Positions 41,831 through 54,725 of a stretch of 64,000 nucleotides of DNA are shown piece by piece (the first letter of the stretch is position 1; each line of letters starts with the position of its first letter). The notes under the pieces are model-generated. The model saw nothing but the letters and a program-made list of their open reading frames with translations, did not search any database and was not told the origin of the DNA. The position numbers and the translations under genes are program-made. Location of the stretch: the NCBI RefSeq assembly GCF_006345805.1, contig NC_043012.1, positions 51,026,001-51,090,000 on the forward strand, written 5' to 3'. This DNA is from Octopus sinensis. Taxonomy: Eukaryota.

Positions 41831-42495
41831 CTAATACTTGCTTGTCAAAAATTCATAGACATTATTGGCAACGGAAACGTCTCGTGCCTATAATGACTAT
41901 ATCCATTTGTAGAGTGAGTCAATCAACGCTGTCCGGTTTTCCTATACTGTACAAGCTTGTGAAGTCCTATAAGTATACTTCTATTTCGCTCAATGCCTAA
42001 TGCATAGCATTTCAGATGTTTTAACTTTGACGTATAGTACGTCAACATAGAATGATATTCAACTATGTCGCACGGAATCAGAACGGTGCATACTAAAATT
42101 TATTGTTATTTTTCCATTCTAGCATCCATATCACACAAACGTTTAACAGTACTACTTTAGTCTGCAACATTCACAACCGAACAAACAAAAATATTACTAT
42201 TGTTTTTTTTCAATATTTCTGCTCGTTAAAACCACGGAAATAAAGTAGCTGTAATTGGACAATGATATGAGCTTTTGAATTGGCAGTTAACCATGCGGTG
42301 TGCATCGTCTTTGTATGTGAGCTTGTATCAGTTAACAAGGTGCAATATATAATTCAAAGTATTGTATACATCACTGGCTGCTCATCGTTTCAGATGTAAT
42401 ACCTACATTAAATATGAAGGTTACTGTTTCTTAACATAAAATTTATATAATTAAACAACTTAGGCATATGCACCTATATACTTAGTTACATATGA

Positions 42496-42526
<31 letters not shown>

Positions 42527-43024
42527 TGCACACATAATGTATATGCATAGGGATTTGTTAAAGAGCAGCTTCGAAGAATTAGTCATTACGTGCCACTACT
42601 CTAACAGAAAAACGAGGCATTTGATTGGCCACCACTTTCAATCATATCAGAATGAATGAGAAATAGTTTTACACATGCACCTCTCTCCAAAGTACAAAAA
42701 CATTAGAACTGAAAATGGATTAATATACAGCAAGAGGAACATATATGGCTTAACTTAATAAATTCGAGTCTATCATGAATCCAACAAAGTATCTGAAAAC
42801 TTGTTAACAATATTAAAAGAGGAGCTTTCGTTTGTAGTCTAACGGATTTGAATGATTCAACATCGCACGACGTTTATACAAAAGAGAAGACAAAAACTTT
42901 CCACAACTTCGCCCAAACTTTGTTTAGGCCGGCCCCATGACTGCAGCGCTTGCGTTCTAAAAGGTTGTGGTGTGCTTGCTTAACCGTAGTTTGAGCTTGA
43001 TATCTTCAGTTTTCTTTCTTGTGT

Positions 43025-43240
43025 TACAGAGTATACAAAGAAGAGCAGAGATCACTGATTCAATTTGTCTGGTCTGAAGGCATGTCAGAGGCTGAAATTC
43101 ATCGCAGGTTTTCGGTAGAGAACGGGAAAGGCGCTCTGCCATGTATAACTCTGTTTGAGTGGATCGAGAAGTTTAAATATGGCTGAAATGCCTGAAGTAA
43201 GTAGAGAGCACATGACGCACATCAACGTCTGTCACTGACG
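43025..43240 (+). mobile_element. mariner transposase N-terminal fragment
   Basis: YTKEEQRSLIQFVWSEGMSEAEIHRRFSVENGKGALPCITLFEWIEKFKYG (HTH region); similar to 53090-53190. Confidence 0.8.
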
Positions 43241-43384
43241 TGAAGAGTTATTTTGACACAGAATATTTTGTCATTCAACATTCTCATAGTGTATTTAATA
43301 CAAATATGCTACGCATCCTTCCCGAATGTTGAAGATGTTTGTTTCACAATCATAAGGACACTGTTTCTTAGTTTCATGCTCTTG

Positions 43385-44250
43385 CTTGATGGGAATGGGA
43401 TTATTCAAAGTTGTCCCAGAGGCATCAGCATGCGGAGAGCCGACCAGGACCACCATTGTGCCAGCCCCGTTGCATCTGCTAAAGTGATGTTGAAACACTG
43501 GAGACCTTCCCCAGTCACGTTCAGCCATCTGGTGCTGCTCCTGCCACATAGACTCTTCCAGCCTACTGACGCGTCAAATGGAATTAAAGGCCCGATAGGT
43601 TGATCCAGAGTGAGAGGAAGTATACGTCCTTCATGTGCACACGACGGATAGCTATGAGGTGGGAGGCAGCGGGCTGATGCGCGCGAACGCTTTTCCTTGT
43701 TAGAAACACGAGGCTACCATGTGATGTTGTTGATGCTTCTAAGGTCTCTGGTATCGAAGCTGTTGATCCTCTTTGCAAGAGGGGGCACGTTTCTGCTCTT
43801 TATAGGAGAATGGAAAAGAACGATGTGTTGTGGATTCGGAGTGTCGTCTACCGGGAGATAGAATTGTAGCGCCAGCGGAGCTTCCATAAGGAGTACATTG
43901 CCCCATTGGTCAGACCACATCTGCGGTTGATCACCGGTGTCATTTCTCCATTGTTGATGAGGAGCTCATGAATTCCATGACGTCGGTTTCAATATAGAGA
44001 GAGGGATAATCGGAGCCATCTTCGACATGCATAAGTTTGGTCTTCGCCCAACTCACAGAAAGACCATGTCCTGCTGATTCTCCTCTGTAAATGGTGAATG
44101 CGTCCCTGAGCTGGTTGATCTAGTTGTTGAATAGGGTGGTATCGTCCGCATACTCCAGGTCGGTAAGCCGGGTATTTCCCAAAGGTAATGCCAGAGAATC
44201 GCTCACGTCCATCAGATAACGGATGACACAGTTGAAGAAGCCGGGGAAGC
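43385..44250 (-). mobile_element. RTE-clade LINE 3' fragment, pseudogenised
   Basis: FFNCVIRYLM...LTDLEYADDTTLF (YADD 44141-44152)...GLSVSWAKTKLM...KRINSFDTRDLRSINNITW; short caagcaag-like tail near 43385. Confidence 0.88.
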
Positions 44251-44385
44251 AAAAGTACGTCAACTCATCTGTAGCAAACCCAGGGACATACCCTCCTCTC
44301 CATCCCAAGCAAGCTCTTCACCAGGATTTACCTCAAGCGTGCTCTTCCTGCAATTGGAAGAAGACACTGCCCACAACAAGCGTTC
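44251..44385 (+). mobile_element. Inverted upstream piece of an RTE-type RT
   Basis: LICS.(shift)..TLLSIPSKLFTRIYLKRALPAIGRRHCPQQAF matches the NYRGITLLS...EQAGF early RT block. Confidence 0.8.
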
Positions 44386-46789
44386 AATTATATTAAATTG
44401 CATATCATATATGTTGCTTTTACTAAGAACATAGTTCAACAGAAAACTTCTGAGAGAAACTTATTGACACAAGAAACACGGAAGGCTGTCAGGTACATTT
44501 TAACCTTAATTTAATAAGGATTTAGAATCCTTTTTCATGATCCCTGAAATTAGATCATTACCAAAATGGATTCAGATGCATTTCCTTTAATAATCAACGG
44601 TGTTCGGCAAGTAGAATGTTGTGTGTGGCTTATTTTTATGGAGATAACAGTCAATGATGGAAGAATGACCATGAAGCTCGTAATACTATTAGATTTACTG
44701 TATGATTTTTGTCTGATTTCTCAATTTTCAACGATAGTATCACCATCTATGTGCAGGACGTCCCCTCATGCGTGTTCGTTGATATGGATATAAAGAGAAT
44801 TCTTTTCTAATACCTACCTACCTATAGGCATTCATAATACATACATATATGTATACAAACATATATATATATATATACATATACCTGCATGAATACATAT
44901 GTATATGTTCACTTCTACATATACGTCTATATATATATATTACTCGTCCGTCATATACCTAAACGTTTTGGCGAGAACAGGAATGTTGAGTCGATTTTGT
45001 GTGTGTTTATGTGTTTGTGTGAGAATGGAAATTTAATTCATTGTTCCACCGACAAAGATCAAGTGTAGTGGTAGACGTTAGCGCTAGACAAGACATCAAT
45101 CAACTCCAGCTAGTTAGTCCATAAAGAATATTATTCCAAGTTAATTTAATGATGAGACAAAAGAACGACTACAATAATAATAAAAAAAACTATAACAGCG
45201 ATGACGACCACAAAACATTTAAGTTGATCAGAAGAGTAAAGAAGTAAGGTAATATATTGTTTGTTATTATCTTTTTTTTCTGCGAAGAATATATTTCTTT
45301 TTTTTTTTTTCAGTGGTGTGTTGAGAGAAAACGTTGATAACAACCTCCAAAGCATTATTCAAACGGCGAAAAAACTTCAATATCTAATTTCAGTTAAACG
45401 GAAATATTTTAGGAATGTGGTACTTGAAAGAATTTTGATTTTAATTTTATTTCTGTTTGTTTTTTTAAGTATTTTAGTTGTCGTTTTTAAAAAATTAATA
45501 ACATTTTCTTTTTTCATTGACACATTTCTTTCTCATTTTTTATTTTCTTTTGGATCAACTCATTTCTTAGTTCACATGTGACTGTTTCGTTTCAATTAAC
45601 AGGCTTGAAGATAGAGAAAGATGTTTGAGAAGACAAGTTAAAGAGTGTATTAATTGATCGATCGGCTGGCATATTGATTAATATTTAACGTGTAATACGA
45701 GATGAGGAAGGAAAAAAAATCTTCATAAAATGTTCGGATTGATAACTTTCCGTTGTAACTTTTTTTAAAGAAAAGTAGTGCTCATAAGAAACAAAAAAAT
45801 CAAGCATGTTTTGTTGTTATTGTTGTTGATTTCACTTGAGAAATATTATCTAATAAACAAGCGTGTCATGCGAATGTCATAGATGGCACCACTGTTCAAA
45901 TATTAAACCAAACGTCTAAATAAACTTGTTTACGAAACGAAGTATATGTCTATATAAATTCTATACTTTTGTACAGAATCGTTTATCAAAATCTGCTTCA
46001 GTTGGTGGCATTTGAACCCAGTTGATTTACATTATTACAACCAAAAGAAGTAACATTAATGTTAAATTCAGTTTACATTGTTATTCTTAGTTATTGAGTA
46101 TGATATTGGATACTCGAATATATGAATTTCCTATTATTTATCTATTAAGTTATAATTTAGTATCTCTCATTTACCGCTAAAGTAGTCGGAATTGTGCGTT
46201 CGAATTTCTTTACAGACTTACAATGCATAGTTATCGCCACCGAATAAGGATTAATGGAAAATAATATCTACCTTACGTACTGAGTATCGGAAGAGCTTTG
46301 AATATTTAATTATCAGAAAAATAAGCAAAAGCCGGCGCTTCACATCACCTATAAAAGTTATTGAGGATTGTCAGAAATATATATCAAGGGAATATCAATA
46401 ATTGGTTTCAAGATGCGTAACGTAACTCTAAAAATGGACATATCACGAAAAAAAAACATTTTAAATCTCATTAACTTATATTTGTATTAATAAATTTCTT
46501 GTACATATTTTCACATGTATTTTAGTTCATGGTCTATTATGGGCTTTTAGCGTTTCATTTCGTTTTCAGTTTTATCCTTTTATATGTATTCGATGACACT
46601 AATGTAAATTTGAACATATCAACTGCAGTTGAAGTTCATATTTCCCGCAAATTTCTTCGAAACAAAGGAAAAAGTGCAAGGTGGAAGGGGACTTAAAGGG
46701 AAAAGACATAATTTGATATGCTGTAAAGATAGGTATTAGGTTTGGTGTTTTCCAAGATATTGTATGGTTTCGATTCCAATGCGGAATAT

Positions 46790-46965
46790 TTGCAATTGAG
46801 TTGTGCTATTTCATTACTTTCTCAGTTCAAATTCACCCGAGGTCAGCTTTGCTTTTTAACCTTTGAGGGTTCAAAATTTAAGTACCAGTTGAAAACTAGC
46901 GTCGGAGAAATCGATGTAACCCATCCCGAAATTGCTGGCCTTATGCCAAAATATGGAATCGGTTT
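46790..46965 (+). mobile_element. SINE family A, degenerate
   Basis: cagttcaaattcacccgaggtcagctttgc...aagtaccagttg. Confidence 0.7.
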
Positions 46966-47709
46966 GATGTGACATTTAATAATGTTACTGGAATTTTAAG
47001 TAATGGGTGATTTTTTTTTCTTTTTCTCAGGGTGTGCCACATTTGAATTGAATTGGAATAGCATCATGGGCTGTAACTAAGACAACTGTACTTGCAACTA
47101 TCGCTAAGGTTAGTAACATGTAGGGTTTGTAAGTGTTTCATATCTAATTCTTCGATTATTATTTGTACTGCTTTAATTTCATTGTGAATGATGATACTCT
47201 CAATTACGCATTTGTGGAGTTTAAGTATTTCTCTGCGTCCTTTCTGACAATATTTTTGTTAGAAAGTGACGAGATGTAAGAATAAACCTTTTGTTTTTGT
47301 CATGATATTCATATCTGTTTTGATAGGTAAATTACAAAACTTTATGTCCAGTATTGATGTATGCTACAGAAGCGGAGGTGAAGAATTCAACAGGGGCATC
47401 GTTCCGAATACATTCTCGGCATTTAATGTCAGTAACAATTTTATTCACAATACTATTCCATAGTTTTTGTGGTTAAGTACTGCCGTTGCTCAATTGGAAA
47501 GGGACCTTACATTTCTGCTCCCAGCTGAGACCTGTTGGTATATTAATGCTCGTCTTTATTATTTCTTCTTTGACGGGTTTCGCCAAGCATTACATATAGC
47601 GGGGTTTTTTCTCCACTATTTCTGGCACTATTAATTAAAAACATGATAAACTTCCAATAATTCCAGCTCCTATAATTATGTAGATCTGTGGGTTCATATA
47701 AAATTTTAA

Positions 47710-47779
47710 TAATATATATATATATAATATAAATAATATACATATATATATATATTTATATATATATATATATATATAC

Positions 47780-47839
<60 letters not shown>

Positions 47840-48368
47840 CAATATTTAAATAATGAGGGAGATAAATTAATATTAATTTTAATTTTAATTTAAAACCAGT
47901 AGTCTAGCATACAAAAATCTGAAAAATCAGAGAAAAATTCTAATACATGTGTATATTGACAGGGTAAGACTGCTAGGCAGTCGGCCGCATGCTAGAAATA
48001 GATCATCAACGATCAAACTACAAAGAATGTTCTCTAGAGGAAAATTTAGCGAACACCAGAACCAAATTTGGCGGGCAGGACAGATGAAAATTTATATAAA
48101 AAACAGAATTAATCGCATACCTCGGTTTCAGCTTTTAACAAAAGAGTGACAGATTAATAGGATAGAATAGTGGGGGAAGAGGAGATAAAAGAATAAGAGG
48201 GAGAAAGAGAGAAAAAGGAAAGTGTGAAAAAATCGTATTGAGTGCGCATCAGATTTATTAAGATGAAACTTACTTGGAATATAATGCGTGGCATTCACTC
48301 ATATAATAATGTAAATAATATATATATGTATGTATATATATATATATTATATATATATATATATATAT

Positions 48369-48418
<50 letters not shown>

Positions 48419-48589
48419 GTATGTATATATATATATGTATGTTTATATATATATATGTATGTATATATATATATATATATAATCCAAACAAGAAAACACA
48501 GAAAAAAAGGGAAAAAAAGAAAAAAAACCAGCAACACAGGGCGTATATATATATATGTATATATATATACACATACCTACATACATACA

Positions 48590-48642
<53 letters not shown>
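47710..48642. repeat. Cluster of (TA)n arrays with short inserted modules
   Basis: Direct reading. Confidence 0.85.
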
Positions 48643-48646
<4 letters not shown>

Positions 48647-48794
48647 CCGAAATTTGCTAGGATGATCCGGTTCCTGACTGAAGATTAGAGGCTTCGAATG
48701 ACCCGTCCGTTTTTTGTGTCGTCTCTTTGTGTATTTTGCGTTATTGTCCCATTTTGTATTTTTATATATAATGTTTATACATATATATATATAT

Positions 48795-49620
48795 ATAGGT
48801 TAATCCAAACGGGAAAACAGAAAAACCAACAACACGTGGAACAATTACAGTATTATTATTATTAGGCGCTCAGGAAAATGGAAGAAGGAGGGTATGACGC
48901 TTCGAGCGGAGCTCTTCGTCGGAAACATAAGAGAAGGAAGAAAGATCCCGATGTGGGCGAACAGAGGGAAAAAAAAACGCGACTGGTGTTTACGAAGTAC
49001 ACATGCTGAAAGGCCGGAAGTTTTGGATAACAAGGGCAAAGTAGGTTTTTAAAGCCAAAAGAGTGGAGACAGGAAGGTTGGTAACAAAAATGATGTGTAT
49101 GTATGTGTGAGTGTGTGCGTGTGCGTGTGTGTATGTGTGTGTGAGACGAGATAAAAAAACAAAACATATATGTATATGTTAGTGCGTGCGTCTGTATGTA
49201 AGTGTGTGTGGTAGGGCGAACAGTAGTTGACATAGTAAGTCTCAAGTGAGTGGTCAGTGGTAAAAAAAGGAGGAAGGAGGTAAGAAGGGAAGGAAGGAAA
49301 GGGTGGGGGCGTAAGTAACGTGCCAGTGTGTGTGTGTTGAGTGTTAGTGTGTGTGTGTCCAGTGTGCGTAGTTGTATGTATGGCAAGTAAATGTGAAGTG
49401 TGTGTAAGTGTAATGTATATATATATTCAAATGTGTGTGTGTATGTGGGTGTGTGTATGTGCGTGCGTGTGTGTACAAAAAAGCGAGGGTATTAAGGAAA
49501 CTGCAGCTGAGGGAAAGATAGAAGAGTGGTCCCGCGGCAACAGGCGTGGGAGAATCCAAAGACACGCGCCAGCCCCAGATACGAACAGGAGATCTAGTCG
49601 GTACCCACGAGCGTGGTGCA
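48795..49620 (-). mobile_element. Penelope-like 3' remnant with mutated hammerhead-like motif
   Basis: Minus strand GYRLDLLFVSG...RLLPRDHSSIFP loosely aligns to the GIY-YIG C-terminus [11 protein letters not shown]...[11 protein letters not shown]; motif at 48928-48892 reads AUGUUU-CCGACGA-A-GAGC(UCC)GCUC-GAAGC-GUC. Confidence 0.6.
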
Positions 49621-51130
49621 TGCATGCGTGTATGCAAGAGTGTATGTGCGCGCGCCTGCGAGTGTGTGTGTGGATGTGTGAGTGTGTCTGTGTATGTCTG
49701 GGTGTCAGTGTGTGCGATGAATGTATGTAAGTATGTGTGTGTATATGTGTGTGTATAGATGTATGTCCGTGTGTGTGTGTGTATGTGTATGAGTGTGTAT
49801 GTATGTACGTGTGTGTGTGTGGAAGTGTGTGTATGTGCATGTGTGTGCGCGTACATGCAGGTGTGTGAGTGAGTGCGTGTGTGTGTATGTATGTGTGAGT
49901 GTGTATGTCTGTGTGTGTAGGATGCATGTATGTGTATGGGTGTATGTATGTGTGTGTGTATGTATGTATGTGTACGTGCGTGTGTGTGTGTGTATGCATG
50001 TATACATGTATGCGTACTGCGCGTGTGCATGCATGCATGCATGTGTGTGTGTGTGTGTGCATGTGTGTAGGTATATATGTATGTGCGTATATGTGTGTAT
50101 GTGCGTACATGTGTGTGTGTATGCATGTGTGTGTATGTAGGTGTGTAGGCGTGTGTGTATAGGTGTATGTATGTAAGTATGTATGGGTGTGTCCGTGTAT
50201 GTGTGTGTATGCATGTGTGTGTATGTAGGTGTGTAGGCGTGTGTGTATAGGTGTATGTATGTATGTATGGATGTGTCCGTGTATGTTTGTGTGTGTGTGT
50301 GTATGCATGTGTATGTAGGTGTGTGTGTACGTATGTAATATACGTATGTATGCGTGTGTGTGCGTGTGTATGCGTGTGTGTGTAGGTGCGTATGTATGTG
50401 TGTGGGAGTGTAGGTGTGTGTGTGCGTGTATGTGTGCGTGTGCGTGTATATGTTGGTGTGTGTGTATGTGAGTGTATGGGTGTTTGTCATGCATATGTGT
50501 GCGCGTGCAGGCGAGTGTGTGTGTAAGTATGTGTGTATGTATGTGTGAGCGTGTATGTGTGTATGTCTGTGTGTATGTATGTGCGTATAGGAGTACGTAA
50601 CTGTGTGTGGGTGGATGTATGTATGTATGTGTGTGTGTGTGCATGTGTGTAAGTATATGTGTGTGTGCGTATGTATGTGTATGTGTGTGTGTTTATGTAT
50701 GTGTGTATGTATGTGTGTAGGCGTGTGTGTATAGGAGTATGTATGTATGAGTGTGTGTCTGTGTGTGTTTGTGTGTGTGTGTAGGTATGTGTGTATGTAT
50801 GAGTGAAGGTATGGCTGTGTAGGTGTGTGTGTGTGAATGTAAGTGTGTGTGTGTACAAGTGTAATGTATGTATGTAGGTGTGTGTGTGTGTGTGCGTGTG
50901 CGTGTGTATGTGTGTGTGTGTATGCGTGTGAGTGTGAGTGTATGGGTGTATGTCTGTGTGTGTGTATGTCTGAAGTAGGTATGTGTGTATGTATGTATGT
51001 GTGTGAGTGTGTGGGTATGTGTGTGTGTGTGTGTATGTGTGTGTGTGAGTAGGTGTGCGTGTATGTATGTGGGTAGGGATGCATGCGTGTGTGTGGGTAT
51101 GTATGTATACATACGCACGCACACACACGA
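49330..51130. repeat. About 1.8-kb degenerate (GT)n/(GTAT)n satellite
   Basis: Direct reading; source of the long His/Thr ORFs. Confidence 0.95.
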
Positions 51131-51302
51131 AGCACGCTCACACACACAACACACAAACAATACAACGCAAGCCCATATGTATATATATATGCAAATCTGG
51201 CCATAGGGCGTCATGAAACGTGTACACTAAAAAAATACTTAGTACGGATACATGGAATATGAACAATGTTTTCGAACAACAATAGACACAAATGGAAAAG
51301 AA

Positions 51303-51349
<47 letters not shown>

Positions 51350-51589
51350 TGTACAAACAACCAGTTGTTGGCTGGTATTTCTTGCATTTTGAACATTTAA
51401 TATACGCTTTCGATAAAACAATTCATCCCGCATAGCAAATTTAATAAAATTTGGGAGTTTGTGGAGGGTCAAAATTGGTAACACGAAAAAGACAGTTTAA
51501 ACGAACAGGAAGCCTAAGCGTGATTGTGGTGGCGAGCGGGTAATTCAAGCTTGGACAGAAGACAGACCTCCATATGTCTCCCTGTATGT

Positions 51590-51785
51590 CTGTGCGTCTC
51601 TTTTTGACCCACACCACTACTTAACAACCAGTGTTGCTATGTTTACCTCTCCGTTAGCTAGTGGGTCGGCAAAAGAGAATAGAAAAAGTACCAAGCTTAA
51701 TAAAGAATAATTACCAGAGTTGCTTCATTAAACTAAAACCCTTCAAGGCGGCGGTGCTCAAGCATGGCTGCCGTCTAATGACTGG
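51590..51785 (+). mobile_element. SINE family B tail, degenerate
   Basis: ttaacaaccagtgttgctatgtttac...gcatggctgccgtctaatgactgg. Confidence 0.65.
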
Positions 51786-52004
51786 AACAAGTAAAAGAAT
51801 GAAGTAGTAATAATGGTCTATAGATAAAAAAATGTTTGCGGACATTTGACAAGTCAGGCCTCCCTTCTATTTTTGTATTTATTTATACAGAGAACGAACA
51901 CGCACGCATTATATATAAATGCATGTGTGAGAGTGTGTGTTGTAAACGTGGAGAGATAGATAGATAGGTAGATAGATAAATAGATAGGGAGAGAGAGAGA
52001 GAGA

Positions 52005-52040
<36 letters not shown>

Positions 52041-52054
52041 ACGCATTCATATAC

Positions 52055-52350
52055 GGGCAAGTGTCTTCTACTATACATTCAGGCCGACCAAAGTCTTGTG
52101 AGTGGATTTGGTAGACGAAAACGGAGAGAAACCTGTCGTATATATATATATATATATATATAAGTCTGTGTGTGTTTGTGCACCAGCATCGCTTGACAAC
52201 CGATATTGGTGTATTTACGTCCCCGTAACTTTACGAGACCGATAGAAAAAGTACTAGACTTACAAAGAAGATGTCCTGGGGTCGATTTGTTCGGCGAAAG
52301 GCGATGCTCCAGCATGGCCGCAGCCAAATGCCTGAAGGAAATTAAAGAAC
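52055..52350 (+). mobile_element. SINE family B
   Basis: gggcaagtgtcttctactata...ctccagcatggccgcag. Confidence 0.85.
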
Positions 52351-52399
52351 AAAAGACATGCAAACATGTAGACAAAGGTCTGTTTTCTTCAATCATCAG

Positions 52400-52700
52400 G
52401 TAGCGCTCACCCAGGAGAACCGGCTGGAAGCATATTAGTCGACTCCCCTACTTATTCGGATCTTTTACCGAACCGCTAAGTAGTGGTAGTGGACAAAGAC
52501 GGGCACAGAAGATCACACACACACACGTATATGTAGTACAGGAGGCTTTTAGCTTCCGTCTACAAAATCTATTCACAATGTTCAGTCAGCGCGTAGTTAT
52601 AGTAGAACACAATTGACAAAGGTGCCGCGCAGTGCGACTGAATCCAGAACAATATGGCTGGAAAGTAAACATCATACCACTGAACAATGCCTGCGCCAAT
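52400..52700 (-). mobile_element. SINE family B, degenerate
   Basis: Reverse-complement homology to the family B tail and head. Confidence 0.7.
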
Positions 52701-52869
52701 GCCCCATTTATTCATGTGTGTATGTGTATGTGTGTATGTGAGTGTGAGCGTGTGTGTGTATGTGTATGTAAGTCTGTATGCATATGTGTGTGCATGTGCT
52801 TATAAATATATACTCATTCATGCACATATATATTGTCTGTCTTCTCGCCTGATGATTGAAGACATTTGA

Positions 52870-54101
52870 AACAGACGTTATGAGATAAAAATCTAGTTTC
52901 AATGTAATATATCAAAATTTACCTGCACTTTCGCCATTACATATCTTTATTATTGTCACGTTGCTTTCTGCGCATGCGTGCTTACAGTTGGTACTATTGA
53001 GATCATGTGTTTGAAGTTTGTGCCTGATCGTGCTATTTTTATTTTTCTGGCTTTACAGTGTAAGCATGGCCGTTCCACCAGCAATGTCAACGAAGAACAA
53101 AGAACAGTGAACCGATACTTTGGTCGGAATGTGTGGCAGATCCTGAAATTCATCGGATACTTTTAGCACAATACGAGGACGCATGTCAACCTCCACCACT
53201 GACGAGAAGATTCATTAAACTCGAGAGATTGTAATGGAGAACCGGCGAGCTATCATCGACAAGGTAGCTCGTTCTCTGCAGATTAGTCATGGTTCTGCCT
53301 ATCAAATCATCCACAATAAGCTTGTGCTTCATAAAATCTGTACGAGATGGTTGTCAAATGTTTGGAAGTTTGCCAACGTTTACTCGATCACGACGAATTT
53401 TTGAGCAGAATAATCACAAGTGAGGAAACGTGGGTCCATCATTATGAGGCATAATCCAAAAGACAAAGCATGGAAAACATCGTGGTGCACCAGCAATGAA
53501 GAAATTCAAGACGCAGTCTTCCGCGGGAAAGGTGATGTTAACTCATTTTGGGGACTCAAAAAGCCTATACTGGAAGACTATCTGGAAAAGGGGAATACGA
53601 TCAACAGTGCAAGATAAAGTGCTTTGCTGGCCAACATGCTGAAGACGGGAATTCGCACCAAACGTTGAGGCCTATTGTTCAAGGAAGTTTTATTGTTGCA
53701 TGACAATGCATTCCCACACACAACCGCCAAGACGTTAAAACTATTACCCAATTGGGTTTTGAGGTGCTGAAATACACCACCTACAGCCCAGATCTCGCTG
53801 TTTCCCTCTATCATACCGCTACAAGATGGTTTAGGTGGTCGTCGATTTCCTACGGATGAAGATGAGAAGGAAGCGGTGCGTCAGTGGTTTCACGACCAAG
53901 CGAAAACCTTCATCATGGAGGGAATACACAGGCTTGTGAACCTCCATCTTGGAGGGAATACACAGGCTTGTGAACCGCTTGAACAAGTGCATCGAAAAGG
54001 AAGGAAGCTATATAGAAAAATGATGTACTTTTTTATCTCCTGCTTTTGTGTAAATATATTGAAAAAACAGGAGTGTGTATAATTTTTTATTCTACCTCGT
54101 A
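52870..54101 (+). mobile_element. mariner (DD34D-type) transposon, decayed
   Basis: FLSRIITSEETWVHHY...KKFKTQSSAGKVML...LLLHDNAFPH (GAC 53702)...YSPDLA (53782)...EAVRQWFHDQ...KCIEKEGSYIEK; right end ...ctacctcgta. Many stops and deletions; left TIR not evident. Confidence 0.9.
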
Positions 54102-54169
54102 TGTGTAAAAGGTGCGTGTTAACAAAATCCTTAGCACACCAAACAAAATACCTTGTGACATTTTAATTG

Positions 54170-54725
54170 TCTTTATGGTCTGAGTTCAAATTCTGCTGAG
54201 GTCGACTTCACCTTTCAGCATTTCGGTATCGATATAAGGAGTACCAGTAGAGCACTAGGATTGATATAATCGATTTCGTGGAGGCGCAATGGCCCAGTGG
54301 TTAGGGCAGCGGACTCGTGGTCATAGGATCGCGGTTTCGATTCCCAGACCGGGCGTTGTGAGTGTTTTTTGAGCGAAAACACCTAAAAGCTCCACGAGGC
54401 TCCGGCAGGGGATGGTGGTGATCCCTGCTGTACTCTTTCACCACAACTTTCTCTCACTCTTACTTCCTGTTTCTGTTGTACCTGTATTTCAAGGGGCCGG
54501 CCTTGTCACTCTCTGTGTCACGCTGAATATCCCCGAGAACTACGTTAAGGGTGCACGTGTCTGTGGAGTGCTCAGCCACTTACACGTTAAATTCACGAGC
54601 AGGCTGTTCCGTTGATTCGGATCAACCGGAACCCTCATCGTCGTTACCGACGGAGTGCTTCCATCCATCCATAATCGATTTAACACCTACCTCGATATTG
54701 CTGGTCTTGGGACAAACTTTGAAAC
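54170..54725 (+). mobile_element. SINE family A interrupted by a family C SINE
   Basis: Core at 54175-54276 resumes at 54671. Confidence 0.8.
54277..54670 (+). mobile_element. tRNA-derived SINE family C with 11-bp TSD
   Basis: A-box tggcccagtgg, B-box ggtttcgattccc, (CCAT)n tail; ATAATCGATTT at 54266-54276 and 54671-54681. Confidence 0.92.

Noticed and set aside
45055-45069. 15-nt match to U2 (AAGATCAAGTGTAGT)
   Set aside because: No flanking U2 similarity; chance or an unprovable fragment.
48645-48770. TA-flanked module with ctgactgaag...cttcgaatga
   Set aside because: Could not be folded into a hammerhead (no GAAA, no closing stems); probably another repeat terminus.
49344-51214. Long ORFs of 173-499 aa rich in His/Thr
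   Set aside because: Translations of the (CA)n/(CATA)n satellite; open in several frames because the repeat lacks stops.
54280-54350. tRNA-like sequence (also at 57613)
   Set aside because: SINE head with A/B boxes continuing into the SINE body; not a tRNA gene.
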